Origin: Sphyrna mokarran
Taxonomy: Eukaryota
Direction of reading: 5' to 3'
Assembly: GCA_024679065.1 (NCBI GenBank)
Contig: JAGIQG010000013.1
Location: 76,384,001-76,448,000 of the forward strand
DNA length: 64,000 bases
Below are positions 14,490-26,026 of the stretch, piece by piece (within the stretch, counting starts at the first letter, position 1; every line of letters begins with the position of its first letter). Under the pieces are notes generated by a model that saw only the letters and a program-made list of their open reading frames with translations, ran no database searches and was not told the DNA's origin. The translations under genes and the position numbers were made by a program.

Positions 14490-15990
14490 TCATCACTGAT
14501 ATAAACATGCACGCACATCATAGTGACTATTAGCTAAGTATATCAAAATTTATCCCTGGATAAGTTTTTTTTTCATAGTGTCACAAATAGACTTATATTA
14601 ACACTGCAATGAAGTCACTGTGAAAATCCCTGGGGTGTGTCACTCTGGATTGTATCCCCGACTCACCACTTGGATTTAACAAACTTGCCAAAGAGTTTTC
14701 AACTGAGCTGATTTAAACAGAAAAAGAAATGTATACTCCAGTGCCTGTTTGGATACATTGAGGGAGAATTTAGCATAGCCAATGGTCCCGACACCATAGT
14801 TAAACACCAGTCCAACATACATATGTCACTCTCTGCAGCCCAGCTACCAGATCATACAGAATGTCAGCAACACAGTAGGGGAAAAACCTTCAGAGGACGT
14901 CTGTTTTATCAATTTATTGTGATATCCCTTTGACTCCCTTGTTTGAGAGTTGTTTATCTAGCTTGTCAGGGTCGAGCTTCTCTCCCCTCAGTTTCTGTTT
15001 GCCTTCCATTGTCCATCGCCTCTATCCACCTCCTTGCCTACCATCACAAGTCCCACACCCCCCTGTTTGCATGACCCCCAACGTCTTCACTAGGTAACTG
15101 ACTCTCATCGCCAGCCTCACCTTGCTTGCACTCCAGCCCTGGTCGAAGTTTGGACCTTTGGTGGCTGTCTGAGACCCACAGCACTGTACTGTACGGATAG
15201 ATACTGGTGTGTGACACCTGGGAGGAAGGAGATCCCCAAACCCAGGCAAAGCACTGAACTGGGATGGTGACACAGGAAGGTCTATGGGTCCAACAGCAAC
15301 ACTGCTGTCTGTGAAGACCAGCTTGGCACAGAGATGGAGACAGGTGCTGGAGTGCGCCGACCGAGTGATGGAGAGCAAATCAGCAGCAGTGCAGCACTAT
15401 GGCACTATTGCTTCAAGATCTCTGGTGAACTGAGGGCCATCCACTCTTTAGCAATTGGGTTTGATGCCGATGTGCTTCCTTGCTGGTGGAGGGCCTGGTG
15501 CCACATGGTGGACAACTGTTTTAATGAACATTCACGAGATGCAAACGACATTCGTAGCACCTGCCAGCAGGGGGACTGACCTACCGCCACTGGGAGAATG
15601 GCAACAGGATTTTGCACCGACTGATTTCTGACTTCTTCGCTCCTGCCATACTGGTGCCCGCCTGCCACCAAAGCCACCACAGGTGGGTTGGGGGAATTCC
15701 ACCCACTGAAGGGGCTGAGTGAGGGACATCTAGTCAACTGGAGCTAGATGTCACCAGTAGACCTCTGGAACAAGGCGCTGTATTCCAAGATGATGGCACG
15801 TTGTGGCAAAATATAGGTGAGAAATAGGGAGGGGGAACCCCGGATCAATCCTTGGAGAACGCCAGAGATACCATCAGAAGCACAGGGGGAGAAACATCCA
15901 GGTTCTCTCGGTACACCAGAGGCCACATTTATTGTGATAAGCAGCAATTACCAAATTTGTGTTAGGTTTGTAAAAACATTCAGAACTTAC

Positions 15991-16060
15991 ATAGGAAAGC
16001 AAGAATATTATCAGATTGTGCCACCGTCCCCACCAAAGACATGTAAACAAATGGGCCTTC
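15991..16060 (-). CDS. EBPL: EBPL coding exon 2 (70 nt)
   Basis: ttgcag|EGPFVYMSLVGTVAQSDNILAFL(W)|gtaagt; phase fits neighbouring exons. Confidence 0.96.
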
Positions 16061-17441
16061 CTGCAAGACAATAACAACATCCAATTTAATTAAACAGAAA
16101 ATGCTGGCTAAACTCAGCAGATCTGGCAACGTCCGTGGAGACAAACACTGTTAATGCTTCGTGTCCAAGTGATGCTTTTACAGAACCAAAAAAAGATAGA
16201 AATGTAATGAAATTGGCTGTTGACTGTCGAGGTGAGACGATTAAATTCTCCTGTTAAAGATGATCATTGCTTTCTGTGGCATAAATATTACTTACCATTT
16301 ATCAGCCCAAGCCTGAATATGATCCAGAGTCTGTTACGTATGGACATGGACTGCCATCGGTATAAGGGCTCGCAAATGGAACTGAACATTGTGTGATCAC
16401 CAGTGAATATCCCAACTTCTGACCTTGTGTTAGAGGGAAGTTAACTGAGGAAGTAGCTGAAGATATGTGGGTGGAGGACACTATCCTGAGGAGCCCCTGC
16501 AGCGGTGGAAATAGTGCCGTACAGCAATGTCACTTAAATAATAATCCAGGGCCTATCTAATGTCCTGGGGATATGGGTTCAAATCCTACTGTAGTAGCTG
16601 GTATGCCCTCTCAAACTCTGGAATTTCCTGTCTCAAACTCGCCACCTCTGCACCTTATTTAATCCCTGGAGACCAGGAAAGTTGTCAACTCCCTCGCTCA
16701 GATACAAAGGAAATCTGAAACTTCTAAACCTGTCCATCCAGTTATTTTCAATGGTTTGCAAGCTAAGGTTCCAGAAAATTATTGTCTCTGCAAGGCCAAA
16801 TGTTCTTAAAAGTGCTTGGCTCAATTAACAATAGCCCGGTTGCTGTGTTGGCTACACTGTGGGATCTTGCTGCGTCAATTAGCTGTAGTATTTGCCATAT
16901 TAGAAAAACGCTCGGACTGCTTAAGTGTGTGCAACCCTGTAAAAAAATCACACACTGAAATGTGATGAATGTATATAGTTTTTGGAAGAACTGAACTGTA
17001 ATGTATTGAATTGATACTATGAAACCAAAAGAGAAAATGCTGTAAAATCTCAGCAGTTCTGGCAGCATCTCTAAGGAGAGAAAAGAGCTGACGTATGAGT
17101 TTTTTGCTCTGTTTGTAATGATTGAAAATGTTGTTTCAGCAATGATATATTTCAGAGTATTTATGAATAAAGTATATCTTTGAAATAATTTTTTCCTACA
17201 TTATAACACTTGACCACATCTTAAAACTCTTAATTGCCTGCAAGGCATTGGGATCTTCCCAGGGTTAGAAAAGCCGCTTTATAAATGCAAGTTCTTTCTT
17301 AATAAGCACACAGTTGGGTGGATTTTTATCCTATCTTTCCCCTTATGCTGTAGATTCGTGTTTTTATATGAAATGTTGAAAGACAGCCCGAAGATTAACT
17401 GGGTTTAATGCAACAAAAGAAGGAGAGAGGGTTTTACTCAC

Positions 17442-17648
17442 CAGAGTGAAATGCACGATGGCATCGTAGAAGAGCCAGGTCAGGAGTGCCCGCTCCAGAG
17501 GTGGGCAGCCCTGCCCGAAGCGCAGAGTCAGTGCCCAAGCCAGAGGCACCTGAGCGGCGCAGAGCAGCAGCGGGCAGAGCGCTGCCCAGCTCAGCAGCCC
17601 GGCCATCCCCGCACCTCCACTCCGCTCCCCAGAACTGTTCACATCCAT
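17442..17648 (-). CDS. EBPL: EBP-like protein, coding exon 1 (start at 17648 or at in-frame ATG 17606)
   Basis: Translates (MDVNSSGERSGGAG)MAGLLSWAALCPLLLCAAQVPLAWALTLRFGQGCPPLERALLTWLFYDAIVHFTL, matching the EBPL W..YDA.VHF motif; donor GTGAGT follows on the minus strand. Confidence 0.93.
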
Positions 17649-17896
17649 CCCATAACTAACCCTGGGCGGGACCAGCTACTGACATCCACAACCAAGAGCT
17701 CTTCTCATCTTCTTCACACTCCGACTTCCACACTTCTGCTGGAACATTATTTGGAGCAGTATTAATTCTATCAATCCATTTGATCACACCTTTCCCCTGC
17801 AGGAACTCCCCTTAACCAGCATCTACCATCTAGTGGCCGCATCCAGTATTACAGCCGCTGTATCACCAGCCCAGGGTTAAACCTACCGTTTGCTAC

Positions 17897-19389
17897 GCCC
17901 CTGGCGGCGGGCTCCGGGGGTTCAGGGTGATTTGCTGCCCCTGGTGGCGGGCTCCGGGGGTTCAGGGTGATTTGCTGCCCCTGGTGGCGGGCTCCGGGGG
18001 TTCAGGGTGATTTGCTGCCCCCGGGTGGCGGGCTCCGGGAGTTCAGGGTGATTTGCTGCCCCTGGTGGCGGGCTCCGGGGGTTCAGGGTGATTTGCTGCC
18101 CCTGGTGGCGGCTCCGGGGGTCAGGGTGATTTGCTGCCCCGGTGGCCTCCGGGTTCAGGGTGATTTGCTGCCCCTGTGGCGGGCTCCGGGGGTTCAGGGT
18201 GATTTGCTGCCCCTGGTGGCGGGCTCCGGGGGTCAGGGTGATTTGCTGCCCCCTGGCGGGCTCCGGGTCTCAGGGTGATTTGCTGCCCCGGTTGGCTCCG
18301 GATCTCAGGTGATTTGCTGCCCCCGGATGGCGGGCTCCGGGAGTTCAGGGTGATTTGCTGCCCCCGGATGGCGGGCTCCGGGATCTCAGGGTGATTTGCC
18401 CCCTGGTGGCGGGCTCCGGGATTTCAGGGTGATTTGCTGCCCCCGGGTGGCGGGCTCCGGAGTTCAGGTGATTTGCTGCCCCGGGTGGCGGGCTCCGGGA
18501 GTTCAGGGTGATTTGCTGCCCCCGGGTGGCGGGCTCCGGAGTTCAGGGTGATTTGCTGGCGCTGGCTCCCCGGAGTTCAGGGTGATTTGCTGCCCCTGGT
18601 GGCGGGCTCCGGGGGTTCAGGGTGATTTGCTGCCCCTGGTGGCGGGCTCCGGGGGTTCAGGGTGATTTGCTGCCCCTGGTGGCGGGCTCCGGGGGTTCAG
18701 GGTGATTTGCTGCCCCCTGGTGGCGGGCTCCGGGAGTTCAGGGTGATTTGCTGCCCCTGGTGGCGGGCTCCGGGGGTTCAGGTGATTTGCTGCCCCTGGT
18801 GGCGGGCTCCGGGGGTTCAGGGTGATTTGCTGCCCTGGTGGCGGGCTCCGGGGTTCAGGGTGATTTGCCCTGGTGGCGGGCTCGGGGGTTCAGGGTGATT
18901 TGCTGCCCCGGGTGGCGGGCCCCCGGGGTCAGGGTGATTTCTGCCCCTGGTGGCGGGCTCCGGGTCAGGGTGATTGCTGCCCCGTGGCGGTCCGGGTTCA
19001 GGGATCCCCGGTGGGGGTCCGGGATCTCAGGGTGATTTGCTGCCCCCGGATGCGGGCTCCGGATCTCAGGGTGATTTGCTGCCCCGGGTGGCGGGCTGAT
19101 CTCAGGTGATTTGCTGCCCCCGGATGGCGGGCTCCGGGATTTCAGGGTGATTTGCTGCCCCTGGTGGGGCTCCGGGATCTCAGGGTGATTTGCTGCCCCC
19201 TGGTGGCGGGCTCCGGGATCTCAGGGTGATTTGCTGCCCCCGGGTGGCGGGCTCCGGTAGTTCAGGGTGATTTGCTGCCCCCGGGTGGCGGGCTCCGGGA
19301 GTTCAGGGTGATTTGCTGCCCCCGGGTGGCGGGCTCCGGGAGTTCAGGGTGATTTGCTGCCCCCGGGTGGCGGGCTCCGGGAGTTCAGG
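17897..19389 (+). repeat. GC-rich minisatellite, 40-41 bp unit, about 37 copies
   Basis: Unit CCCC(C)TGGTGGCGGGCTCCGGGGGTTCAGGGTGATTTGCTG repeated head-to-tail with variants. Confidence 0.97.
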
Positions 19390-19445
19390 CTGTGGAACAT
19401 TCTGTAGTCTCCTCGGCGGCGGGCGGGGCGGAGCTGAGTAGCGCG

Positions 19446-19514
19446 ATGGCGGACAGCAGTGGCGCCGAGAATCACCGCATCAAAAGCTTCAAGAACAAGG
19501 GCCGCGATGTGGAG
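19446..19514 (+). CDS. KPNA3: Importin subunit alpha (karyopherin alpha 3), exon 1
   Basis: MADSSGAENHRIKSFKNKGRDVE|gtgagc; ENHRIKSFKNKGRDVE matches KPNA3 rather than KPNA4; EBPL is its known neighbour. Confidence 0.96.
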
Positions 19515-19811
19515 GTGAGCGACCCGGGGAGGAGAGGCATAGGGCGGCAGTGGGTGCCAGTTTCAGTCTCTCTGAGCCTGGGAGCCGCGGCCCAGCGAGT
19601 TGGTTGTCGCCGGCCGAAGCCGGGAATAGCGAGTCCTCCCCGCCCGGGGCCTGGGATCAGGCTGCCCGCCGCAATCAGGCCCGAGGCCGCCGCTGCCGTT
19701 CTACTGCCAGGAACCGACACCCGGTCCGAGAATCGGGGGAAGAGGGAGGAGGAGGGGGGTGGTCGCGTCCAACTCGGAACCCCCTACCAACCGAACCCCC
19801 ACTTGGGGACT

Positions 19812-21760
19812 ATCCACCCGTCCCCGACCCCCCCCCACCCCGTCCCCGACCCCCCCCCACACCCGTCCCCGACCCCCCCCCACACCCACCCCCACCCACC
19901 CCACCCACCCCCCGTCCCCGACCCCCCCCTCACCCCCCCCACCCCCCACCCCCCCCCCCTCCCCCCACCCCCCCCGTCCCCGACCCCCCCTCACCCCCGT
20001 CCCCGACCCCCCCCCTCACCCCCCCCTCACCCCGTCCCCGACCCCCCCTCACCCCGTCCCCGACCCCCCCCTCACCCCCGTCCCCGACCCCCCCCTCCCC
20101 CCGTCCCCCCCCCCCCCCCTCACCCCCGTCCCCCCCCCCCCCCCCCCCCCACCCCCCCCGTCCCCGACCCCCCCCCTCACCCCCGTCCCCGACCCCCCCC
20201 TCACCCCCGTCCCCGACCCCCCCCCCTCACCCCGTCCCCGACCCCCGTCCCCGTCCCCGACCCCCCCCCTCACCCCCCCCCCCCCCCCCCTCACCCCCGT
20301 CCCCCCCCCCCCACCCCCGTCCCCGACCCCCCTACCCCCGTCCCCCGTCCCCGACCCCCTCGCCCCCCGTCCCCGTCCCCCCGTCCACCCGCGTACCTCG
20401 CCCCCCGTCCCTCGCCCCCCCACCCCCGCCCCCCGTCCCCGCCCCGCCCCCCCCCGTTCGCCCCCCCTCGCCCCCGTCCCCGTTCGCCCCCCCTCGCCCC
20501 CCGTCCCCGTTTCGCCCCCCCCCCCTCTCGCCCCGTCCCCGTTCGCCCCCCTCGCCCGGGCCCCCCCCCGCCCCCCCTCGCCCCCCTCCCCGCCCCCCTC
20601 CCCCCCCCGTTCGCCCCCCCTCGCCCCCGGTCCCCGTTTCGTCCCCCCGCCCCCCGTCCCCGTTCGCCCCCCGTCCCCGTTCCCCCCCCCGCCCCTCCCC
20701 GTCCCCTCCCCGTCCCGTCCCCGTTCCCCGTCCCCCCCCCCCCCCCCCCCCCGTTCCCCCCCCCCCCCGTCCCCGTTCCCCCCCCGCCCCCCCTCCCCCC
20801 CCCCCCGCCCCCCCGTCCCCGTTCCCTGCCCCCCCGTCCCCGTTCCCCCCCGTCCCCCCCCCCCCGTCCCCGTTCCCCCCCGTCCCCGTTCCCGTCCCCG
20901 TTCCGTCCCCGTTCCCCCCCCGTCCCCGTTCCCACCCCGTCCCCCACCCCGGCCCCATCCCCTTCCCTCCCCCCCCCCCCGTGCCCCCCCGTTCCCCCCG
21001 CCCCCCCCCGCCCCCACCCGACCCCCCGCTCCCCCCCCCCCCCCCCCCCCGCCCCCCCCCGCCCCCACCCCCCCCCCCCCCGCTCCCCCCGCCGCCCCCC
21101 GTCTCCCCCCCCCCCCGCCCCCTCCCCCCGTCCCACCCCCCCCCCGCCCCCCCCCGTACCCCGTCTCCCCCCCCCGCCCCCCCCCCGTCTCCCCCCCCTC
21201 CCCCCCCCCACGCCCCCGCCCCAGCCCCCAGCCCCCGCGTTCCCCCCCGTCCCCGCCCGCCCCCCCCCGTCTCCCCACCCCCTCCCCCCCCCCCTCCCCA
21301 CCCCCCGCCCCACTCCCCACCCCCCCGCCCCCACCCCCCCCCCCGTCCCCCACCCCCCCCCACCCCCCCCGTCCCCCCCCCCCCCCCCCTGTCCCCGCCC
21401 CCGGTGCTCCCCCCCCCCCCCCCCCCCGCCCCCCCGTCCCCCCCCCACCGCCCCCCCCCCCGTCCCACCCCCCGCCCCCGCCCCCCGTCTCCCACCCGCG
21501 CCCCCCCCCCCCCCGTCTCCCCACCCCTTCCCCCACCCCCCGCGTCTCCCCACCCCCCGCCGCACCCCCCCCCCACCACCCCCCCGCCGCTCCCCCCCCC
21601 CGCCCCCCCCGCCGTCTCCCCCCCCCCGCCCGCCCCCCCCCGCCCCCGTCCTCTCTGCCCCACCCCCTCGTCTCCCCACCCCCCGCCCGCCCCCCCGCTC
21701 CCCACCCCCCCCCCGTCCCCTTTTCTCCCCACCCACTACCCCCCCCCCTCTGACCCCCGA
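19812..21760 (+). repeat. C-rich degenerate tandem / low-complexity tract
   Basis: Units like CCCCGTCCCCGACCCCCCCCTCA, then CCCCGTTCGCCCCCCCTCG, degrading into C-runs; very strong strand asymmetry. Confidence 0.9.
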
Positions 21761-24208
21761 CTCCTCCTTGAATTCCTCCTCAACCAATACCCTGAAAGTG
21801 GACCCCACGGTTGGGGAGATTGGGAGGCCCTCAGTCACCTTCACTCTCCTCACCCCCTTCTCAACCTTACTCCTCCTGCTGTCACTCCCCTTACCCCCCA
21901 ACTCCTCCATGCTCATTCTTGACCCACTTTCACCACTCTCTATGACCCTCCTTCTTGTACCCCCCCTCCTCCCCCAGTCCCATTGGGGAGAGAGAGTGGA
22001 ATAGCTTTAAAAGTAAAACGGTTGGTGAATTTGGGTGGTGATTGCCCACATTTTGGATAGTGAGTTCCTATTGATGCCAGAACAAGTTCGTTCATTGACT
22101 TTCATTCATTGACTTTTGTTCATTCCCACTAGGGGGCTAGAACACCGTACCCAGGTTGAGGTACCTTGTATTTGTACAGTGAAAGCTTCACCTGTTAACT
22201 GGTAACTTGAGTGGACAATTGCTGCAAATGCTGTCCTGTCCTTATGGAGACCTGCTCAGTTGGCTGAACATGTTTGATGAATGTATTTAGTAAATACAAT
22301 GTAAATGTAGATTCAGTATGGATGTCATGCACAACTTGCTGTGTTGCATTTCACAAAGTGTAAGGAAGTTGTAAAGCTCTTGAACAGAAAACACTAGCAT
22401 TAGGATGTCTGCAATTTTGTTTGTTTTTGGGTGGTGAGCATAGTTGGTAAGGCCAGAGTTTGTTGCCATTCCAAATTCTCCTTGAGCTTTCTTGAAATGT
22501 TATGTGGGATATACCCTTCAGTGTTGTTAGGGAGTTCCAGGATTTTGACCTGGCAAACAGTGAGTCAGGTTGGTATGTAATTTGAAGGGAATTTGCAGTA
22601 GGTGGTGTTCTCAGGTCTGCTGTGCTTTTAGGTGGTGGAGATTTTAGATCTAGAGGTATTGGCAAGTCGCTGCAATGAATCTTATAGATGGAACACATTG
22701 CTGCAATTGTGTGCCAGTGGTGAAGGGAGTGACTATGTAAAATGGTCGATGCAGCGTTGGTCAAGTCGGTGGCATTGCCCTGGATGATGCTGAGCTTCTT
22801 GAGTATTGTTGGAGCTGCATTGATTCAGATAAATAGAGAGTATTCTGTCACACTTCTGTGACCTGTGCCTCATTAGATGGCAAATAGGTTTTGGGGAATC
22901 AGGAGGTGAGTTGCATGCAGTAAATTCCTGGCCACCATATTTATGTCACTGGGCTTTGTTCAGTGTCTGGTCAATGGATACCTGACCTCTGCATGGACTG
23001 AATCCATAGTTTACTTATCAGCTTCTTCCCTTCAAGAACGCGTTACTTAGTTTGGAACAATTAAACTCTAACCTTTAAAGAATTAACCTATTACATATTG
23101 TGGTATGATATTCCTAATCCTGCAAAATAGGGCATCTTTGATTTAGTGAGCAGGTCTCAGCATGTGCAAATGAAAGATGGTTTATACGAATTGTAGGTCC
23201 AAAAAGAAAAGTCTTGAGAAAAATGTTTTGTTCTGTGCATCTGACCTGGAGTCAAACTGAGGAGCATGTTACAATTCATAAAGTTCTCTGATTAAACAAC
23301 ACTTCAAATTTGAGTGTAGTTAACAGCAATTAGCTTTTGTGGTCCTAAAGATGCACTGTCCATTAGCAGGATAATATTGCTGTTCTCAAAAATGTATTTT
23401 CAAATGTTGTTTTGTTAAGTATAGAGTCTCAACCCTTAATGTCTTGCAAGTTACAGCTTTGTCTTTAAAAAGGAGGTTGTTTGGGTACGCGTGTGACTTC
23501 AAGGAAATGTAAAATCTCTTATCCATTGTTTAAATAGCAGTAATAGACTTTATGGCCTTAGAGGTGTTTAATTCTGACAGCACAGTACTCAGGGAGGATA
23601 TATTGCTGTAGAGGGGGTACAACACATTAGACTGAGACTGGAGATACGAGTTAAAATATGAGGACAAGTTGCATAGACCAGGCACGTATTCCTTTGTATA
23701 AATGGATTAATAATGATGCAAGTTAAGTTTAAGTTGATTAAAGGAGTTGATAAGGCAAACACAGAAAAAGGGGAGTCCAGAACAAAGGGATGTAATCTGA
23801 AATTAGATTTGATGCTTCAGGAATGATTTCAGGAAACAATTCTTTACATAACAGATTCTGAAAACCTGAAACACTCTCCCAAGAAGTAGTTGAGGCTGGG
23901 GGTCAACTGAAAATTTCACAAGTGCGATTGATAAATATGTCAGATAATGTTATTATGGGCTCTTGAATCAAGAAATGTGAATGGAGTTGATTTACAGGTC
24001 AATCATGAGGTGAATGACAGTAGTTCAAGAGACTGAGTTCCATGTTTCAAAAGGAAACTAGGTTGTTCTTGGATGATAATTCTCCTGTCCTTGTTTAGAA
24101 GTATCTTGTTTGACATACTGTGAACATGCCATGGGAGATCTCATTTTACTGCTGGAGCAATTTGTCGAGCAAGATGATTAATTCTGGCTGCTACCTCTTC
24201 TGTTTCAG

Positions 24209-24253
24209 ACTATGAGAAGACACAGAAATGAAGTAACAGTGGAACTAAGAAAG
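24209..24253 (+). CDS. KPNA3: KPNA3 exon 2 (45 nt, IBB domain)
   Basis: tttcag|TMRRHRNEVTVELRK|gtaaag. Confidence 0.97.
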
Positions 24254-25232
24254 GTAAAGACTTTGCTTTTTCTGTAGCTGATTGCTACACATTGTTTCTC
24301 TTTGCTTTTTATGGCAAAGAATTGATGGCAAAACTAGCCTTTCAAGCCCATCCCTAAACTGAGTGGCTTGTTTGTGATTTGAGAAAGCAACCATTAAATT
24401 GATGTAATCGCATACAGGCCAAACCTGCTAAGAATGACAGATTCCCTTTCCCGAGAGCAGCTAGTAAACTTAATGGGATTTTGCAACAATTTGTAGTTAC
24501 CACACCGATTTTAGCTCTTTTAAACAAAACCCTGATTTTTAAGTAACTGCAGTAAATATTCTCTAAGTACTATGATGGAATTTGATCTCAACCTCATTAT
24601 TAATCCAGGTCCTGGGATTGCTAATTGAATAACGTAACCATTTTATTGCTGCACCTGCTACTTGTATTCTGAATATTTTTAATGTGTAACCAGTTAATGT
24701 AAATCACTTTGATGATCCTGTAGGGTGTTGTTTATTTAATGTGTTTCTAATCACGCATGGGCTGGAGGAACATCTTTTGAATATTGTGGTGCACAAGTAC
24801 ATTCACCACCATCCTGCTACTCCCACTCTCAGCCTTTTGCAAATGGCAGTTGGATAGAAAAGCTGTGCTTTGGTCACCGTCAAGCGCTGTTGCTGTTTTT
24901 GATAAGTGTATGTTTTTGCTGCCTGATGTGTTAGTGCTGCATTAATGATAGAAGCAGTGGGAAGCAATTTGCTGTTTGGGTGGGAGAGGGTTTATTTGGG
25001 GAGCAGAATTTAAATGCTTGCGACTGAATCTCACTGTGTAGGATGCTTATTGGCTCATTGTGCCTTTGCTGGTTCTTTGAAAGAGTTTTTTCCCCTCTTA
25101 GTCCTGTAAATCTTTCCCTTCATGTATTTATCCAATTCCTTTTTGAAAGTTACTGTATCCACTAGTAATCAACTCTCTATGGATGGAAGCAGTTTCTTCC
25201 TTTTATCAAAAATAACTTCATAATGTTCACAC

Positions 25233-25520
25233 AGGGCGGAACAGAGTTCAGTGCTGCTGCTCACGGTGCGAGGGACCTGGGTTCAATTTCCAGCTTGGGT
25301 CACTGTCTGTGTGGAGTTTGCACATTCTCCCCAGGTCTGCGTGGGTTCCCTCCGGGTGCTGTGGTTTCCTCCCACAGTCCAAAGATGTGCAGTTAGGTTT
25401 ATTGGCCAGGTCACATTCTCCTTCAGTGTACTTGAACAGGCACCGGAGTGTGGCGACCAGGAGATTTTCACAACTTCATGACAGTGTGAATGTAAGCCTG
25501 CTTGAGATTAATAAATAAAT
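25233..25520 (+). mobile_element. V-SINE, tail type B (also about 27269-27530 +, 29101-29745 +, 38232-38515 -, 54697-54920 -, 60848-61120 -)
   Basis: tRNA head, V domain GGGTCACTGTCTGTGTGGAGTTTGCACATTCTCCCC, tail GTGTGGCGAC...TGTAAGCCT.CTTG. Confidence 0.85.
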
Positions 25521-25636
25521 GTTACTTTGTATTAAATCTCCCTTAACCTTCTTGATATATGACAAGTAATTTCTCTATTTAGGGATGATACTTATTTTAG
25601 GTTTATTCTATGGATATACGTATGTCATCAATTGAG

Positions 25637-26026
25637 AACTCAGTAAAGTTTTACAACACCAATTTTAAATCCAACCAATTTATTTGATAGTAAATCTGCG
25701 AGCTTTCGACTTTACAGCCTTCGTCAGACAAATGCAGTGTTCTGATCTGCAGAGGCACTCATATCCACACAGACAGTTACAGATTGCTGATTAGAATGCG
25801 AATCCTCACTTACTGTGCTGTCTGGAGAAAATACACAATTCTCTAACCAATGCTCAGGATTCCCTTCACACACATTGTTAGCCATTTTAACACTTGAATA
25901 GCAGGTTAGATGTAAGGATTCGTCGAAAGCTTGCAGATTTACTATCAAATAAATTGGTTGGATTTAAAATTGGTGTTGTAAAACTTTACTGAGTTTACCC
26001 CAGTCCAACGCTGGCATCTCTGCATC
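25637..26026 (+). mobile_element. Penelope-like element remnant (inverted terminal repeat plus tail, TSD)
   Basis: 74-bp inverted arms 25637-25710 / 25922-25995 (1 mismatch); tail TACCCCAGTCCAACGCTGGCATCTC; direct repeat TCATCAATTGAGAA at 25625 and 26025. Confidence 0.82.
25694..25733 (-). ncRNA. Minimal hammerhead ribozyme motif (PLE type)
   Basis: Minus strand ATTTGT-CTGACGA-A-GGC-tgtaaa-GTC-GAAA-GC-TC-GCAGAT; stem I pairs over 6 bp with G-U wobbles. Confidence 0.68.

Larger units (their letters stand above)
17450..19790. promoter_or_regulatory. CpG island / putative bidirectional promoter of EBPL and KPNA3
   Basis: High GC and CpG density spanning both first exons; GC boxes GGGCGG near 17663 and 19421; divergent start codons. 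Confidence 0.75.

Noticed and set aside
15022-15947. GC-richer block with several overlapping ORFs in EBPL intron 2
   Set aside because: No recognisable domain or splice structure; likely decayed transposon sequence that I cannot classify
17897-19389. CRISPR-like array or repeat-protein ORFs (MICCPWWRAPG...)
   Set aside because: Head-to-tail minisatellite with no unique spacers, no cas genes and a eukaryotic context; the unit is not a multiple of 3
19391-19410. ZNF143/THAP11 (ACTACA...TCCCA) bidirectional-promoter motif
   Set aside because: Only the ACTACA half matches and the spacing is wrong
19392-22004. Very long Pro-rich and Gly-rich ORFs (464-870 aa) in most frames on both strands
   Set aside because: They result from a stop-free C-rich repeat; only 19446-19514 is KPNA3 coding, ending at a canonical donor
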